From positions 79,484,001 to 79,548,000 of the forward strand of contig OZ024744.1 in NCBI GenBank assembly GCA_964016885.1: 64,000 bases of DNA, read 5' to 3'. The position numbers and the translations under genes are program-made. Below are positions 34,982-49,243 of the stretch, one piece after another (positions within the stretch are counted from its first letter, which is position 1; each line of letters opens with the position of its first letter). Under the pieces are notes generated by a model. The model did no database searches. It was not told where the DNA came from and saw only the letters and a program-made list of their open reading frames with translations. Source of the stretch: Eledone cirrhosa. Taxonomy: Eukaryota.

Positions 34982-37977
34982 CACTTCTCTCTCCACCCTC
35001 ACCTTCCTTTCCAAGTGAAACTTGAAGAAGTTGATGAGGGATTGGCCGAAGAGAAAAGTGTCTGTCTTCAGTCCTTTTAATCTGGTCCACTATATAACCT
35101 CTTTCACAATGGCCACCAGACAGAGGAAAATTGTCTGCTCTTCCTGACATAAGGAAGGTGGTGGGTCGATCTTCACTACGGACTTGGCCGATAACCGGAT
35201 TCGTTCCACACGCGACAGTAGCTGTTCGACATAACTCCACAAGTCAGTAATGCACGGACATTGGACAAGTGCGTGCAGAACGATTTCGTTGTTCTGTGCG
35301 CATCTAGGGCAGGTCCGTCTGACAGCACTTCCGTGCCTGTAGAGTTTATCCCGAACCGGCAGTGCTCCCTGGTAGCACTGCCATGCGAAGGATTTCTGGA
35401 AATTGTCCATCGTCCCTGGCTCGAAAGTCCTCCGGTACAGACTGGTCAGTTCGACTTCGTCGAGGCCCAAAGCTTCTCCGAGTGCATCATCGCACCTGCC
35501 CACCACTAATCCTCTATAGAACTCGAGAGTGGAAGTTCCACTGATCGCATTGCCCGCTTGGTAGAGGGCAGTGAGTGCCTGGCAACATTCCAGGTGCCAG
35601 TCACCCAGTCTTGGTCTCTTCTTGACCCAGGACTGCAGCTCAGTCAAAGAAACGAGCTGCGGAAAGGCACGTCTGATAAACGGCGACCACACCTGTTCAC
35701 CATTGAGGCAGAATATCTGGAGGTCTAGTCCGAACCAAACCCCGAGCAACTTTACCGGTCCGTCTCTCCAGCGCCCCACGACGCTGTTGGACGGCATAGG
35801 CTTGCCTCTCCAGGTTCCGAGCTGCAAGCCCACTGACTTTTCCGGGTTAAGTTTGGCTCCTGTCAACCTTTCATATTCCTTCAATAAGGTGCCGACCACC
35901 TTGATTTCTGAGGTGTCCGACACCATCACGGTGATGTCGTATGCATAAGCCGACACTGCCTTTCCACGTCTTGGTTCGAGCGGGATGCCCTGCAACAGCT
36001 CCAGCTTCTGCAGTAAAGGCTCGAGAGTCATTACGTACAGAAGGAAAGAGAGAGGGCACCCTTGACGGACCAATCGGGAGAGCCGAAATGGTTCCGAGAG
36101 GTGGCCATTAACCTTGACCACCGAGCGTGTGCCGCTGTGCATTGCAGCGATCCAGCTTCTGAAGACAGGGCCGATGCCAGTCGTTTTGAGGACAAACTCC
36201 AGATACCGATGGTCGACCCTATTGAATGCTTTCGATTGATCTAAATTGATCAGTGCCCCACCGAAGCCAGGTTTACACCCTACCCTCTCTATGATGTATC
36301 ATATGAGGTGGAGATTGTCGTGTATGGACCTGGCTGGGATTGCGCAAGTTTGCGCCTCCCCAACCAAATCCTCGACGACAAGCGCCAATCTCTTTGCTAA
36401 CACCTTGGCCAAAATCTTAAACTCTGTGTTGAGCAGATTTATGGGCCTGAAGTTGTCTAATGTATCCCTTATCAGCGTCACCACTCTCCTGCTCACAGAA
36501 CTGGGAATACTCCCATTCTGTTGCCAGTTGCAGTAGAGTGCTTCGAGGAGATCGGAGAACAAGTCTGGCATATTTACGTAAAGCTCGTAGGGCAGGCCAT
36601 CCAAACAGGGTAACTTGCGCCTCATGCAGCCGTCAAGGGTGTCCTGAATTTTGACTGAAGTAATCGGCTTTTCGCAGCGCTCAGCGTCGACCGTTGAGAT
36701 GCGCAACAAGCCGTCAAGGTAGGGACTGAAATCCGCTACTCTCTGACTCGCCACTTTCCCCGAACAACCAAGCAAAGTGCTGGCGAAAGGCCTCACACAT
36801 CCGCTTGGAATCGCTTATCTCGTGTCCGTCTCGGTCCGCCAAAGACCAAATTGTGGTTTTATTACCATGCTGCGCCTCCGCCACGCGGGCCCATCGAACA
36901 GCTTTGGTTCCCTCGTTTCTCAGCGCATGCGCCTTAGCTCTGACAGTGCAACCTTCGTGTTTCACATTGAAGAAATGGTCTAATGCCATTCTCGCCACTA
37001 GCATGTCAGTTTCAATGCCACTACAAATAGCCTCGTCTAACTTATCTACCAGTTCCCCTCCTTTCTATTTTTCTCTAACGCTAGTTCTTTGCTGAACTCT
37101 ATCGAAGTTACTCTAATCTCTCTTTTGAGAGCCCCCACCATCTGTTGTTGATGATCCCCTCTGACAACTTTTGCTTAACCAAATTGTTGACTCGGTCCTT
37201 GTAAGCCTTACGTGCCGGAAATGACATGTTCAGCTTCCAGTAACCCGGTCCCAACCTACGTGTTTTATCTAGGTCAACTATACAGATCACAAATTTGTGA
37301 TCTGAATAGGCGACCGTTTTAAAAAGTGATCCCCCTACACTATTTCTATCTATTTTCCTAATGAAGATCCTGTCTGTATACGATTTAGATGACCCCATGT
37401 GGTTGGTCCATGTCCATACTGGCACATTGGGGAAATCTAGTCCATACCTGTCAGACAGTTGGAACTGGCTGATTTGGTGCTTGAGGCTTTTGCAGCCCCC
37501 GCTCCTATCAGCTACTCCCACACAATCCCAGCGTGCGTCTAAGATGCCGTTCCAGTCCCCCACTAGCAACCAAGGGCAAGATGTACCCAGAAAGGTCTCC
37601 AGGCGCCTAAAGAAGTCCGATCGTCCGGCCCCTGTAGGGGTGTAGACGGCCAGCAGTCTAAAGGCACCACCTTCGCTACTGCTTACATCCAAGACCACCA
37701 ACTTACCGTCAGGGTACCGGAAGATCGACCTTACCTCGAGATCCAGTCCTTTCATAAACAGCACTGCCACCTCACCTCCCATTCCCGGCTTGCTAACAGA
37801 TGCGAAGATCTGATAGTCGTCAAAAATGGGGGCTAGTGCGCGCGTGTCTGAAATTCTGGTTTCGCTGACGGTAATCACATCCATTTCCAGCGACCTGAGG
37901 TCGTTGAGCAGGCGACCCTGGTTCCAGGGTGACCCCAGGCCGCGAACATTTAAACTTCCTACTCTTAATATGGCCAT
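34982..37977 (-). pseudogene. ORF2 (AP endonuclease plus reverse transcriptase), disrupted
   Basis: SLNVRGL, SET, VGDWN, YTDRIF, YSDHK, GYWKLN, FRPINLLN, VRQGCPLS, YAYD (mutated YADD). Confidence 0.95.
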
Positions 37978-38006
37978 GTTGGCAAGCTAAAAGAGAGAGG
38001 GAAGGT

Positions 38007-39704
38007 TTACTTACCTCTCGGGGTCTTGTGAAGGTCGGGTGGTTTGACCTCCATGGTTGGTGGGGTTTCTTTTGGGAACCCCTTTAAAAGTCTCGATGTA
38101 GGTTTCACATTCGGGGTTCTCACGTCTTGAGGAAAGCTCTCCCGAATTTCCTTGAAGGAATCGAGTGACATTCGATCCAGAAGCAAATCTTCTGGCACGC
38201 AAAATGTGGTCATTTCAAAGATCTCCCCCTCTGTTTGAATGTCCTCGCTTCGTTCTAAGAGGGCAATCAGTTTATCGTTGGTCCTTCTGACAAGCACAAA
38301 GCTTTTAACATTTTGTTGGTGTGGCATTATTTGTGTTGTTTTGGTGACTGTGGTCGTGATGGCTTTGGTGGTGTTTCGGGTATGTCTGTGTTTGTTGTAG
38401 GTGTGGTGTCTGCAATTTCAGGTATTTGTGTGTTTATTTGTTCTTGTGTTTGTTTAGGTGGTTTGCGTTTCGGGGATTGTGGGGGTGGTGTCGATGTTGT
38501 TGGTACTGATGTTGTTGGGGAAGTGTTTGTGTTAGTGGTGTCTGTATTTTTTGTTGTATATGTTTTGTGTTTGTTGGGGCTTTTTTTTGGTGAGTTTTCT
38601 GGGTTTTTTTGCACTTTTGGGTTTTCCTTCATCTTCGCTGCTGGAAGAGAAAGGGTCTGTGGCTGTGAGTGCCTCTGTGTCTGTGTGTGCGTTTATTGTT
38701 TTGTCTATGTGTATAATTGGAGGGGTAGGGGGAGTGGGAGAGCTCTCCTCGTTTTCCCCTTGGATTGGTTTCTGTGTTGGTGGTGGTCCGGCTGTTTTTG
38801 ATGTTGGTGTCCGTGTCTTTGTTGGTGTTGTTTTGGTGGTGGTGGTGCAGCTTTCCGTGCTGACACTGGCATTGGCAACAAAGGAGGTTTGCGACCCCCT
38901 GCATTTTTGCGCTGCGGGCAGAAGGTTTGCAGATGCGTTGTTTCCCCGCAGACGAAGCAGTGCGGCCTTCTTCCCTCAGTGACCAGTTGGATTGTTGTCC
39001 CGTCCTGCAGGCGGGCAAAATCCGGGATTTTGTTCATGTCCTCCGGTTTCATTTGGAGAAGAATCTCCAAATCCATTCCGGACCAGTCTTCTCTCTGTCC
39101 TTTTGATATCCAGGAGGGTAGTGTCTGTCCTCTCCTCGATTATGCATCCCAGGAGCCACGATATGTTCATTCCTGGTGGGATCCTGGGAATGCGGACCTT
39201 TACTGTCCTTTTGCCCATGTAGGACGGGTGCATGATAATGCGTTCCATTCTGCAGGGGGTCACCGAGTGCTTAATAGCAAGGGCCTCGGTTTTGAACAGT
39301 ACCGAGATGGTACCGAACTGTTTGGCCCTTGCTTTATACTCTATGTCACTTCCGATGCACTCCAAAGCAGCCTCGACCTCTGCTTGGCTGGCAAGTTCCA
39401 CTTTGCGTGTCTGCACTGAAATGCATCGAAACTACACCATCCTCTTTTGCATGGCCGCTATTGCCCCGTCCGGGATGGTCAGGTTTGGCCAGGACTTCTC
39501 CCGTTTAATTAACCTCCACGCCTGGGCCAACTGTTCGTCTTTATCGCTAATATCAATATTCAATAAGCGCTTTGTTTTTGCTGCTGCTGCAGCAAAGGTG
39601 GTGCCTCTGTTGCTCGTGTTGTTGTTGTTGGTGGTGGTGGTGTTGTTTTGTTTGTTGTTGCTGTTGCCACCGCCATTACATGGAAGCTGTCAGTGTTATT
39701 GTCG

Positions 39705-39735
<31 letters not shown>

Positions 39736-39952
39736 GGTGGTGGTGGTGGTGGTGGTGGTGATGTTGAGATGATACTGCTACTAACACAGAAGGGAGCGGT
39801 TGTGATGGCAGCTTTTGAGTTTTGCCTTCACATTCAGTGGAATGGACGACAGACATGTCTGTAGTAGTCGTAGTTGTGGTGAGATCTACAGTGGCTGCTT
39901 TTGAACTTTTGACCTGTACGTTGTTTACCGTTTCAAGGTCGAAAATTTCCAT
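38007..39952 (-). pseudogene. ORF1 (nucleic-acid-binding, CCHC knuckle), disrupted
   Basis: CFVCGETTHLQTFC knuckle, YMGKRTVKVRIPRIPP, T/P/Q-rich linkers. Confidence 0.85.
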
Positions 39953-40180
39953 ATTTTTATTTTGTGGGGAAGCGATTCTTTTCGAAGTTTTTAAAACTAA
40001 ATCTGAATATTCGGGCTTAAAGCCCAAATATTGAGAGGTCTCTCCTCCTTGGAACCAAGGTGGGTGGGTACCTTATGTTTCGTTAACGACAAGAAAATAC
40101 AAAAAAATGATACTTTAAAACAGCTTAAAGTTACGAACCTTTTCCCCCGCAGTCTTGTACGTCTTCATACATGTGCGTCC

Positions 40181-40424
40181 ATAATAATAATAATAATGAT
40201 AATAATAATTGTTTCTACTTTTGGTACAAGGCAATTACCCCAGTGCATTACTGGTACTTTATTTTATCGACCTCGTAAGGATGAAAGACAAAGTTAACCT
40301 TGGAGTTCAAATCCCACTGAGGTTAACTTTGCCTTTCATCCTTACAGGGTCGATAAAATAAAGTACCAGTAATGTACTGGGGTAATTGCTGGCCTTGTGC
40401 CAAAGTAGAAATAATTATTATTAT
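40181..40424 (-). mobile_element. Two Meta-domain SINE 3' fragments
   Basis: Reverse-complement consensus; the (ATT)n tail abuts the Tx1 5' end. Confidence 0.8.
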
Positions 40425-40759
40425 TAAAAAGAAATTAAAAAAAAAAAAATTATTATTGTTATTTTTTTTATGTAGCATCTGTATAACTTCTTGTGTTGAT
40501 AAAACCTCTAACAATTGTTCAAATGTTCTGTTGCTTTGAACAATTTGTCTATAGTGATTCTAGGATTGCCAGGTTTGATTTAAAAAATAAAAAAATGTTG
40601 TTTCTATTTTACATTGATTTTTTTTTTTATCCTTGGAAGATACTTTCATTCGTTCATTTGATTATTCATCTATTATTTGTAATTCTTGAATTAGTTCCAC
40701 CTTTAACACTTTCCTTACCATATTTCTAATGAAAGACACTGACTATGGTTTTCAAATAA

Positions 40760-41116
40760 TCTACTAATATAATATAGCCTTTGTGTATTTGTCTGTAATG
40801 CACTAGAGATGACTGAGAAAGGAAGGGGTGATTATATCGACTGAGGAAGGAAGGGGTGACTACGTCGACTGAGGAAGGAAGGGGTGACAATATCAACTGA
40901 GGAAGGAAGGGGTGACAATATCAACTGAGGAAGGGAGGGGTGATTGCGTCGACTGAGGAAGGAATGGGTGATTATGTCGACTGAAGTGGGAAGGGGTGAT
41001 TACGTCGACTGAGGAAGGAAGGGGTCTGTTTGTGTGTTTGTATCACTTGTGTGAGTGAGTGCGAAGGAACCAACCAACAAACACACACATCTCTTTTTTA
41101 TATTATGTATAGATAT
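40760..41116 (+). mobile_element. Helentron/HINE-like element with internal 28 bp minisatellite
   Basis: About 7 copies of ACTGAGGAAGGAAGGGGTGATTACGTCG; inverted relative with about 2-3 copies at 48374-48686. Confidence 0.55.
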
Positions 41117-42641
41117 TACAATTAGCCGTCATTTTTTATGGCACGGGGCCAGCCAGCTAGTTTTGTTAATAATCAAGAATTTGGAGGAATTTAGTCATTT
41201 AACTAACTTTCTCAGTATTAATTTGGTGTTCAGAACATAACTACTTAACTAAACATTACTTAACAAAGCTTCTTACATAAAATTATGATGGGAGATTTTT
41301 TACATAAATATAAACACATCAGAGAATCACTCCAGGTAGAGCCACTACATCTCCAAATCAAGAAATCACAGCTCTGGTATTACGGGCATGTAGTTAGAAT
41401 ATCTAAGAAAATAAAGAATTGCTGGACAGATTTTACAAGCTAAAACCAACTGGCAGGAGACCCAGGGGGTAGAGCTGGAGCAAGATGGTTGGATAACATC
41501 CATGAGTTCAGCTAGTTTCATTTAGGAATTCTGCTGGATCAATTGGAAATGATTGCCTTTGACAGGACCTGCTGGAAAGCATGCTTCAGGCTGTTGCTCC
41601 CACAACCTTCCAGGAATAAGTGGCCAAAGAAGTTGTTCTTTTTTATTCATTATTTGTGTTTTCATCATGAATTATATCTTTTAATTAACCGATTTTGATT
41701 CCTGATGTTTTGTTGGTTTTGAGAATGTAACTTTTTAAAATTAGCTAGCTTGTTTGCAATCCAAAGTTATTACTTTTATATCTGGGCTATTTTCTCTTCA
41801 TGACCTTAATGTAGCCACCTTAGAGGGTAAGAAGATAAATGCCAAAACACTGGCTTGAGCAGGGAGGAGGGTTCTTCTCTGAAGATCTTCTACTGTCCAG
41901 TCCAGCTCAATTGAGAGTTATTTACCACCACGAAGCATATATACACATATATATATATGTAAACATATACACACATCTCTCTATATATATATATATAAGC
42001 AAATGTATACACAAATGTATAGAAGGGCTGAAACACTTGCTTGGGGTGGGGAGGGGTGGTGGGGAGGGGTGGTGGGGTTCTTCTCTAAAGACCTTCTGCT
42101 GTCCACCACTAAGCATATATACATATATGTATATATGTAAACATATACACACATATGTATATATGTAAGCATATACACACATATGTATATATGTAAGCAT
42201 ATATATATACACATATATATAGAAAGGCTGAAACATTTGCTTGGTAGTTGGGTGGTGGTGTTGTTGTTCTCTGAAAACCTGCTGTCCAGCTCTCCTGGGA
42301 GTTTCTTACCACTTCGCTGGGTTATTTTCTCTTCAAATTTTTATATGAATATTTTGTCATAGTTTCATTTTGGGGTTAGAGTGACACTATAGAATATACA
42401 TATAGAATAGAAATATTTTTTTGAACTAGGATTTTTTTTCAACACATTGATGCATATGTTTATATGTGTATGTGCATATGTATACATTTATATGTATGAG
42501 TATATAAATATAAACGTACAAACACAAACACACATACAAACACAAACACACTCATTTACAGAAACATACACATACACAGCATAGCAAATGGAACGCCAGC
42601 TGCTGTTTTGCTATAGTTTTTTTCACCATCCCCTTTCTTCC

Positions 42642-42810
<169 letters not shown>

Positions 42811-44011
42811 ATACCAGCTTAATAATGGTTTCTGATTTAGGCACAAGGCCAGCAATTTTAAGTGAGAGAAAAGTCGATTAAATCGGCCCCAGTGTATTAC
42901 TGGTGCTTTATTTATCAGGCAAAGCTTACCTCAGCGGGACTTGAACTCAGAATATAAAGGGCCATAACTATACTGTGAAGAATGGTGTCCGATGCTCTAC
43001 CAATACTGCCAATGAAAAAGTCAGTTATATTACTAAATCCCTCCAAAATCATGAGTATTTTCAAAATTAATTGAAAATCACAAGCACTGTCTTCTAATAT
43101 GGCAATGAAAGCGCCAAAGAAAGCAACAAATTGAGAAACAGGAAAGAAAAGAAATCAAGTGAAGGAATATGCATTTTACTAAATGTATATATATTTACTA
43201 TATGTATATCTATATACTATATCTATGTATATTGCATTTATTGATGTGAAAACAAATGTAACTTTGTATAAATGCTCAGCACAAGACAATTACTTGTGTG
43301 TGTGTGGGGGGGGGGGGATCCACTCCAGAAAGTTTTTTTCTTTTACTCACACTTTACCTACCACTTTATTCAGTATGCATACTCCTCCTTCAAACCTCCT
43401 TCAAAATTCTCTCTTTCTCTCTCTCCTCCTCTCTCTGTATATTGTCAAACATGACATCAGACCAACAAACTAACACATATTGGGTATTATATATTAGAGA
43501 TTCAGTTATAGTAGTTTGAATTATATTTTCAGTTTTTTTTAGAAAATATATAAAATTATAAAATATATTTTCTTTAATTTGTTGTCTGTTATCTCTTGAT
43601 TTCTAAATAATTGTTTCTACTTTTGGCACAAGGCCAGCAATTACTCCAGTTCATTACTGGTACTTTATTTTATTGACCCCCGTAACGATGAAAGGCAAGG
43701 TTAACCTTGGCGGGATTTGAACTCAGACGTAAAGGGCTATAACTCTATGCTGCAAAGCATGGCGTCTGACATTCTACCAATACTGCCAATCCACCGCCGT
43801 TGATTTCTAAATAATAATAAATATTTGTATTTTATCAGTGTAAGATTTTAAACTGAAAATAAATTTCTTTAGTCAGACTGAAGAAACTTTTTGCTGCATT
43901 TTTTAGCTTATAAGATGCAGTAGAGTGCAAAACACACTCTTATGTTGGAGAAAAATACATACATGCACGCTTGTGTGTGTGTATATATGCATGTATACAC
44001 ACACACACACT

Positions 44012-44059
<48 letters not shown>

Positions 44060-44182
44060 CATCATCATCATCATAATCATTAACGTCCATTTTTCCATGC
44101 TAACATGGGTTGAAAAGGTTCTGTTGTGAGCAATGCCAGGTCAGGTGACCATGTCTTGCTCCTACAGAACTGATTTTGGCTT

Positions 44183-44233
<51 letters not shown>

Positions 44234-47200
44234 CATGTGTGTTGTATTTATTTATCTATGTATGTTGTATTTATGTATGCACAAGTACATGTGCATGCAT
44301 ATATATATGCATGTTGTGACCAACCAACTAGTCAAACAGACCTATCTACTTATAGACCTACCTACATACATTATTTTCCTACAAGCTGTATCTCTTTCTC
44401 CCTTTTTTTTCTACCGATCTACCCATTTACCCATTCACCTACTTTTCTACCTACATATGAGTTGGAGGGATCAGGATGATGATGGTGGTGGTGGTGTTGT
44501 TGTTGTTGGTGGTGGTGGTGGAACCTCCTTTCCCTACAGGCCTACCTAATTGTTTATCCTCACACAGTCATCCAGTTAATAGATAAGATTTAAATCCCTT
44601 ACATATGTTTATATTAGATTTTAGAAATGAGCTAGTAATGGTAGTAGTGCAGATGATGTCAGAGCCTATTGCTGCTGTTGTAGTTGTTGTTGTTTTTGTT
44701 GTTTAGAATTGAAATGTGTATGAAATGAAATGAAATGAAGATTTGTAATGCTGTAGAAGCTGAAAATAAGTGTAAAATTACACACAGATGTACATGCTGT
44801 ATGTGTGAGTGTATTATTGGATTGAATATATGAAAAATTCAATGTGTTTGTGTTGGTGTTGCCATAAGGACTTGGTGATGATTTGCAGTAGTAGCTGCAT
44901 GCTAGTACCAATTTGCCAACCTCTAAAAACTCAAACGGGGAGTACCATGAAAAAAAGTGCCCCAAATGGGGAGATTTTACAAAATGAAAGCTATACCCAT
45001 TTTCACAAGAGAAGACATCCCTCACTTACTCCAAATTGGGTGGGAGATCTCACCATCGGATGGGGAGAGTTGACAGATCTGCCAATGGATGCGGCATACA
45101 GACTGTGTGTCTGTCTTACATACAGACCAAGTAACACAATGAAAAACGTCCTGAGCAAAATCTCATTCTACATACCCATTCTATTTATGGTTGATGAAAA
45201 ACTTGACAAAAAACTTTGACAAAAACAAACAGAGATACCGACAGCATCATATTGTGTAAATTGAGTTATATATTTCTGAAACATCAGATTTGAAACTGTG
45301 TTCAAATCTTCGGATTGAAACTTTGCTCAAATGAAAGGATGATTTGTGGAAATCTTGTGGTTAAAAGAATAATCACCACAGATTATGAATTAACCAAGAT
45401 GTTTGTGTGTAGATTAACTGTAAAAAATTGAACAGTGGTGGCATGTGTTGAGAGGCATGTAAAAATGAAAGAGTGAGAGTGGAGAGGAGACTACTGTCTT
45501 TTATACAATTTAGTTCAGTGACTATCACTCCCTCTCCCTTTCTTTCACTGTTTGATCCTTCTTTCTTTTTCTCCTTTTCATTTTCTTTTTTTACTTTCCC
45601 TTTCTGCTCCCTTTAGTAGTATATTTTGTTTTTTTATTAGATACTGCTCAATTATTTTTATATAATGTCATGGCCTTTCAGATTTTGTATATTGAATAAA
45701 TTATTCATATTGTTATCTTTAGTAAATTTTGGTGGGATTTTTGTGCTAAGTATATTTATAAAGATGCAGATATAGCAAATATGACAATAGCCATAATTTC
45801 AGATATCATAACAAAATGGCTATATATGATTCCACTACTGAATTATGGTTAATGTTGTTGTTGTAAGGTGTTGTTGTTTTTGCTATGGAAGAAAGTTAGC
45901 ATGTTGTTGCTGTTGTTGTTATTAATGATTATAGAAATCTCATGGTCACTACCTTTCCTTCATCTAATATCAAGACATAAAAGAAAAAAAAAATATAGCA
46001 TTATATAAATCTAGGAGTTCTAAACTTTTTAGATCTTTGACCCCTTTTAGTGAATCCTTGAGCTCTTGTCAAACCTTTCATGTAAAACCTGACTCTTCTC
46101 ATATCCCAGGTAGATACAAAAATCAGTAAATAAACAAACCTGTAGACAATAAAGTTTAATTATATATAATTAATCAGAAACCTGTATAAACAAGTTATAT
46201 TTTATTGTATTATTTTATATAAAGGGCGGTGATTTGGCCGTATCGGTAGAGCGAGTGGCATAGTTATGGCCCTTTACGTTCTGAATTCAAATCTCGTCGA
46301 GGTTAACTTAGCCTTTCATCCTTACGGGGTTGATAAAATAAAGTACCAGTAATGCACTGGGGTAATTGCTGGCCTTGTGCTAAAAGAAGAAACAATTATT
46401 TTATATATTTTTTATTTCTTATACAGATATCAGGTTTTGGTGGTTCAAAAGCTCAATGAATCACTTTCAGGGGTGGTCTTTGGTTTTGAGGTTATACAAA
46501 GGTCAAGGCTACTGCCTTTCCTTCCCCTAGGGTCAAATCCTAAAAAGGGCATGACCAGTACCTTTCCTCCTCTAACAAGACATTAAAAAAAATAGTTATT
46601 CAAAGACAAAGCATGGTAATCATGAATGAACATGGATTTTACAGACAGAACTGTTTGAAGTTGTTGTTATTGTTATTGTTCTTTAGCTCCCAGGTCAACT
46701 GAGATTCAACACAATCTATATTTAACTCTTTAGCATTTAAACCGGCCAGAATTCTCTTACCTCTCTTTGTTCAAACTGGCATAAATGTTAAAGGGTTAAA
46801 AGGTCTTTGTTCCATCCATGAATAATAATGTATATTTTTTTCAGACAGTGTATTTAGAACTATTTAATGTGTTATCATTCCTTGTTGTAAGATGTTAAAG
46901 GTGTAATGTGAGGGAGATTTGGCTGTTGTTTCATGTAGGTGGTGTTATTATGCAAAGGTTACCTCAGAAACTAGTGAGTGAATTCTTTAATGTGATAAGC
47001 CAGAAGGTGGAAGATAAGGAGTTAGAATCTTGGAAGTACATCCAACATTCTGGTTACCAGTAAGAATAATCTTCATTATCACTACCATCACCGTTTTTAC
47101 GTCATTTTCTTCCACGCTTGCATGGGTTCATAAAGATAATTATAAATAATTTGTACTTTACCATCTTGGGTAATGAATTAAAGAATATGATCGCAAATAC

Positions 47201-47261
47201 AAGTGACCGAAATGGGAATCTGCCGAAGGGTCTTTGGAGTAATGTTACTCAATAAAGTGTG

Positions 47262-47580
47262 TAGCTCAGCGATCAGAGAGTCACTCTTGGTACAGCTGCT
47301 ACCTCTCTGAATTGAGAGATCACATCTCCGATACTATGGGCATGTGGTTAGAATGTCAGGAAAGAATCTCTGGACAGATTTTATGAGCAAAAACCAACAG
47401 GTAGGCGACCCAAGGGTAGACCCCAAGCAAGATGGTTGGAAAATATCCATGAGCTTGGCTGGTCACGCTTGGGGATCTAGCCGGATCAGTTGGAGATGGT
47501 TGCTTCTGATAGGACCCGCTGGAGGGAGTGTTTGAGGACTCTGCCCCACGACCCTCTCAGGAATAAGTGGGTGAAGAAGA
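47262..47580 (+). mobile_element. RTE-like LINE 3' fragment (third family)
   Basis: LRYYGHVVRM..RPKGRPQARWLE; relatives at about 41320-41635 and 57105-57205. Confidence 0.7.
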
Positions 47581-47885
47581 CTTTACCCTTTCATTACCAT
47601 ATTTTTAATTAAATACATTGTTTGAATTAATTAATGAAGAACTTAGAGTGATCTATTAATGACATTTGTAACATAACAAAAGACTCTTGTGTAAAATAAT
47701 TTTGGAAGATTTCAAAAGAATTTAGATATAAAATAGGTGGTTTTATTTGATAGAACCAAAGCCAATTTTGAGTGAGTTAGTATCAAAAGTGTTAACCTGT
47801 CACCCAGTTTACTGGGTATATTTGGTGAAGTCCACTCTATTGCAAGCATTTGGACCATGTCTTTAGTTTAAGGGTACTCCTTTCC

Positions 47886-48332
47886 TGATGTTGATGGTGG
47901 TGGTGGTAGTGTTGTTGTTGATGATGATGGTAGTTGTGTTGATAGTGGTGGTAGTGTTGTTGATGTTGATGGTGGTAGTGTTGTTGATATTGGTGGTGGT
48001 GGTGGTTGTAGTGTTGGTGGTGGTGGTGTAGTTGGTGGTGGTGGTGGTGGTTCCGTTTTTGATGTTGGTGGTGGTTTGTGATGTTGGTGTTGTTATTGAT
48101 GTTGGTGGTAGTGTAGTTGTTGGTTGTGTTGATGTTGATGGTGGTGATGGTTGTGGTGTTGACAGGGTAGCTATGTTGATATTGTTGATGATGGTTGTGT
48201 TGATGATAAATCATGGTAATGATGGTTATAGTGATAGTAATGGTGTTGATAATGATGGTGGTAGTGAAGGTGATGAGATTGATGAGGATGATGATGCGCA
48301 TGAGGTTATGATGATGATTATTATTATGATGA
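47886..48332. repeat. (TGG/TGA/TTG)n low-complexity repeat
   Basis: Direct reading. Confidence 0.95.
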
Positions 48333-49243
48333 TTTAGCTGGCCCTGTGCCGTCAAAAATGCCAGCTAATTGTAATATCTATACATAATATAAAAAAGAGA
48401 TGTTTGTCTCTTTGTTGGTTGGTTCCTTCATGATCACTCACACAAGTGATATAAACATACAGCTGTGACGAATCTTAGAACGCTGGACATTTAGTTTCTC
48501 ACCCCCCACTCCTTTCTCAGTCATCTCATAGATGTGTGTGTATTAGACACCCCTTCCTACCTCAGTCGACGTTATCACCCCTTCCTTCTTCAGTCGACTT
48601 AATCGCCCCTTCCTTCCTCAGTTTGTCATCATCACCTCCTTCTCTAGTGTGTGACGGACAAATACACAAGGCTATTATATCAGTAGGTGATGATGTTCAT
48701 TCTGATGTTGATGATGGTAGTATTGATGATGATGATAATCATAATCATAATAGTATTGATGATGATGATGTTGATAAAGCCAGCAGCTATCATTCTTTCA
48801 ACTGAAAATAGCTTTCATTTGATAAGGTTAAGAATTCCTACAAATTATAGAAATAATTTTAAAAAATTAAATGTGGAAAATGTAATGTAGCAAATGTTCT
48901 ATTTATAATCTCTCACTCTCTCACTCTGTCTATCTATCTATCTATCTACCTATCTATCAATCTATCTATCTATCTATATACCTATCTATCTATCAATCTA
49001 TCTATCTATCTACCTGTTTATCTATCTTTCGGGATGAACACACGTGTGAAACTTGCTGGGTAAGTTCTGCTTAAATTTCTATAGAAATTATTGATTGTGA
49101 ACCTTCATTTTTATACCAATTTGTAGAAGGACTGACCAGATCAAATTTTGATCTGGTCAGTCTCTCAAAATATTCTACGCCTTTAGGCGAAATAGTTCAT
49201 GACAAAAAATTTTTTTTGGAAAAACTAACGTTTTAAAAAAAAA

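Larger units (their letters stand above)
34982..40180 (-). mobile_element. Tx1/L1-clade LINE, near full length, 3' end lost
   Basis: 5' UTR, ORF1, then ORF2 with APE, RT and zinc finger, all colinear with multiple frameshifts. Confidence 0.95.

Noticed and set aside
46426-46586. Host exon after TTCTTATACAG
   Set aside because: No recognisable protein and no clear donor; insufficient support
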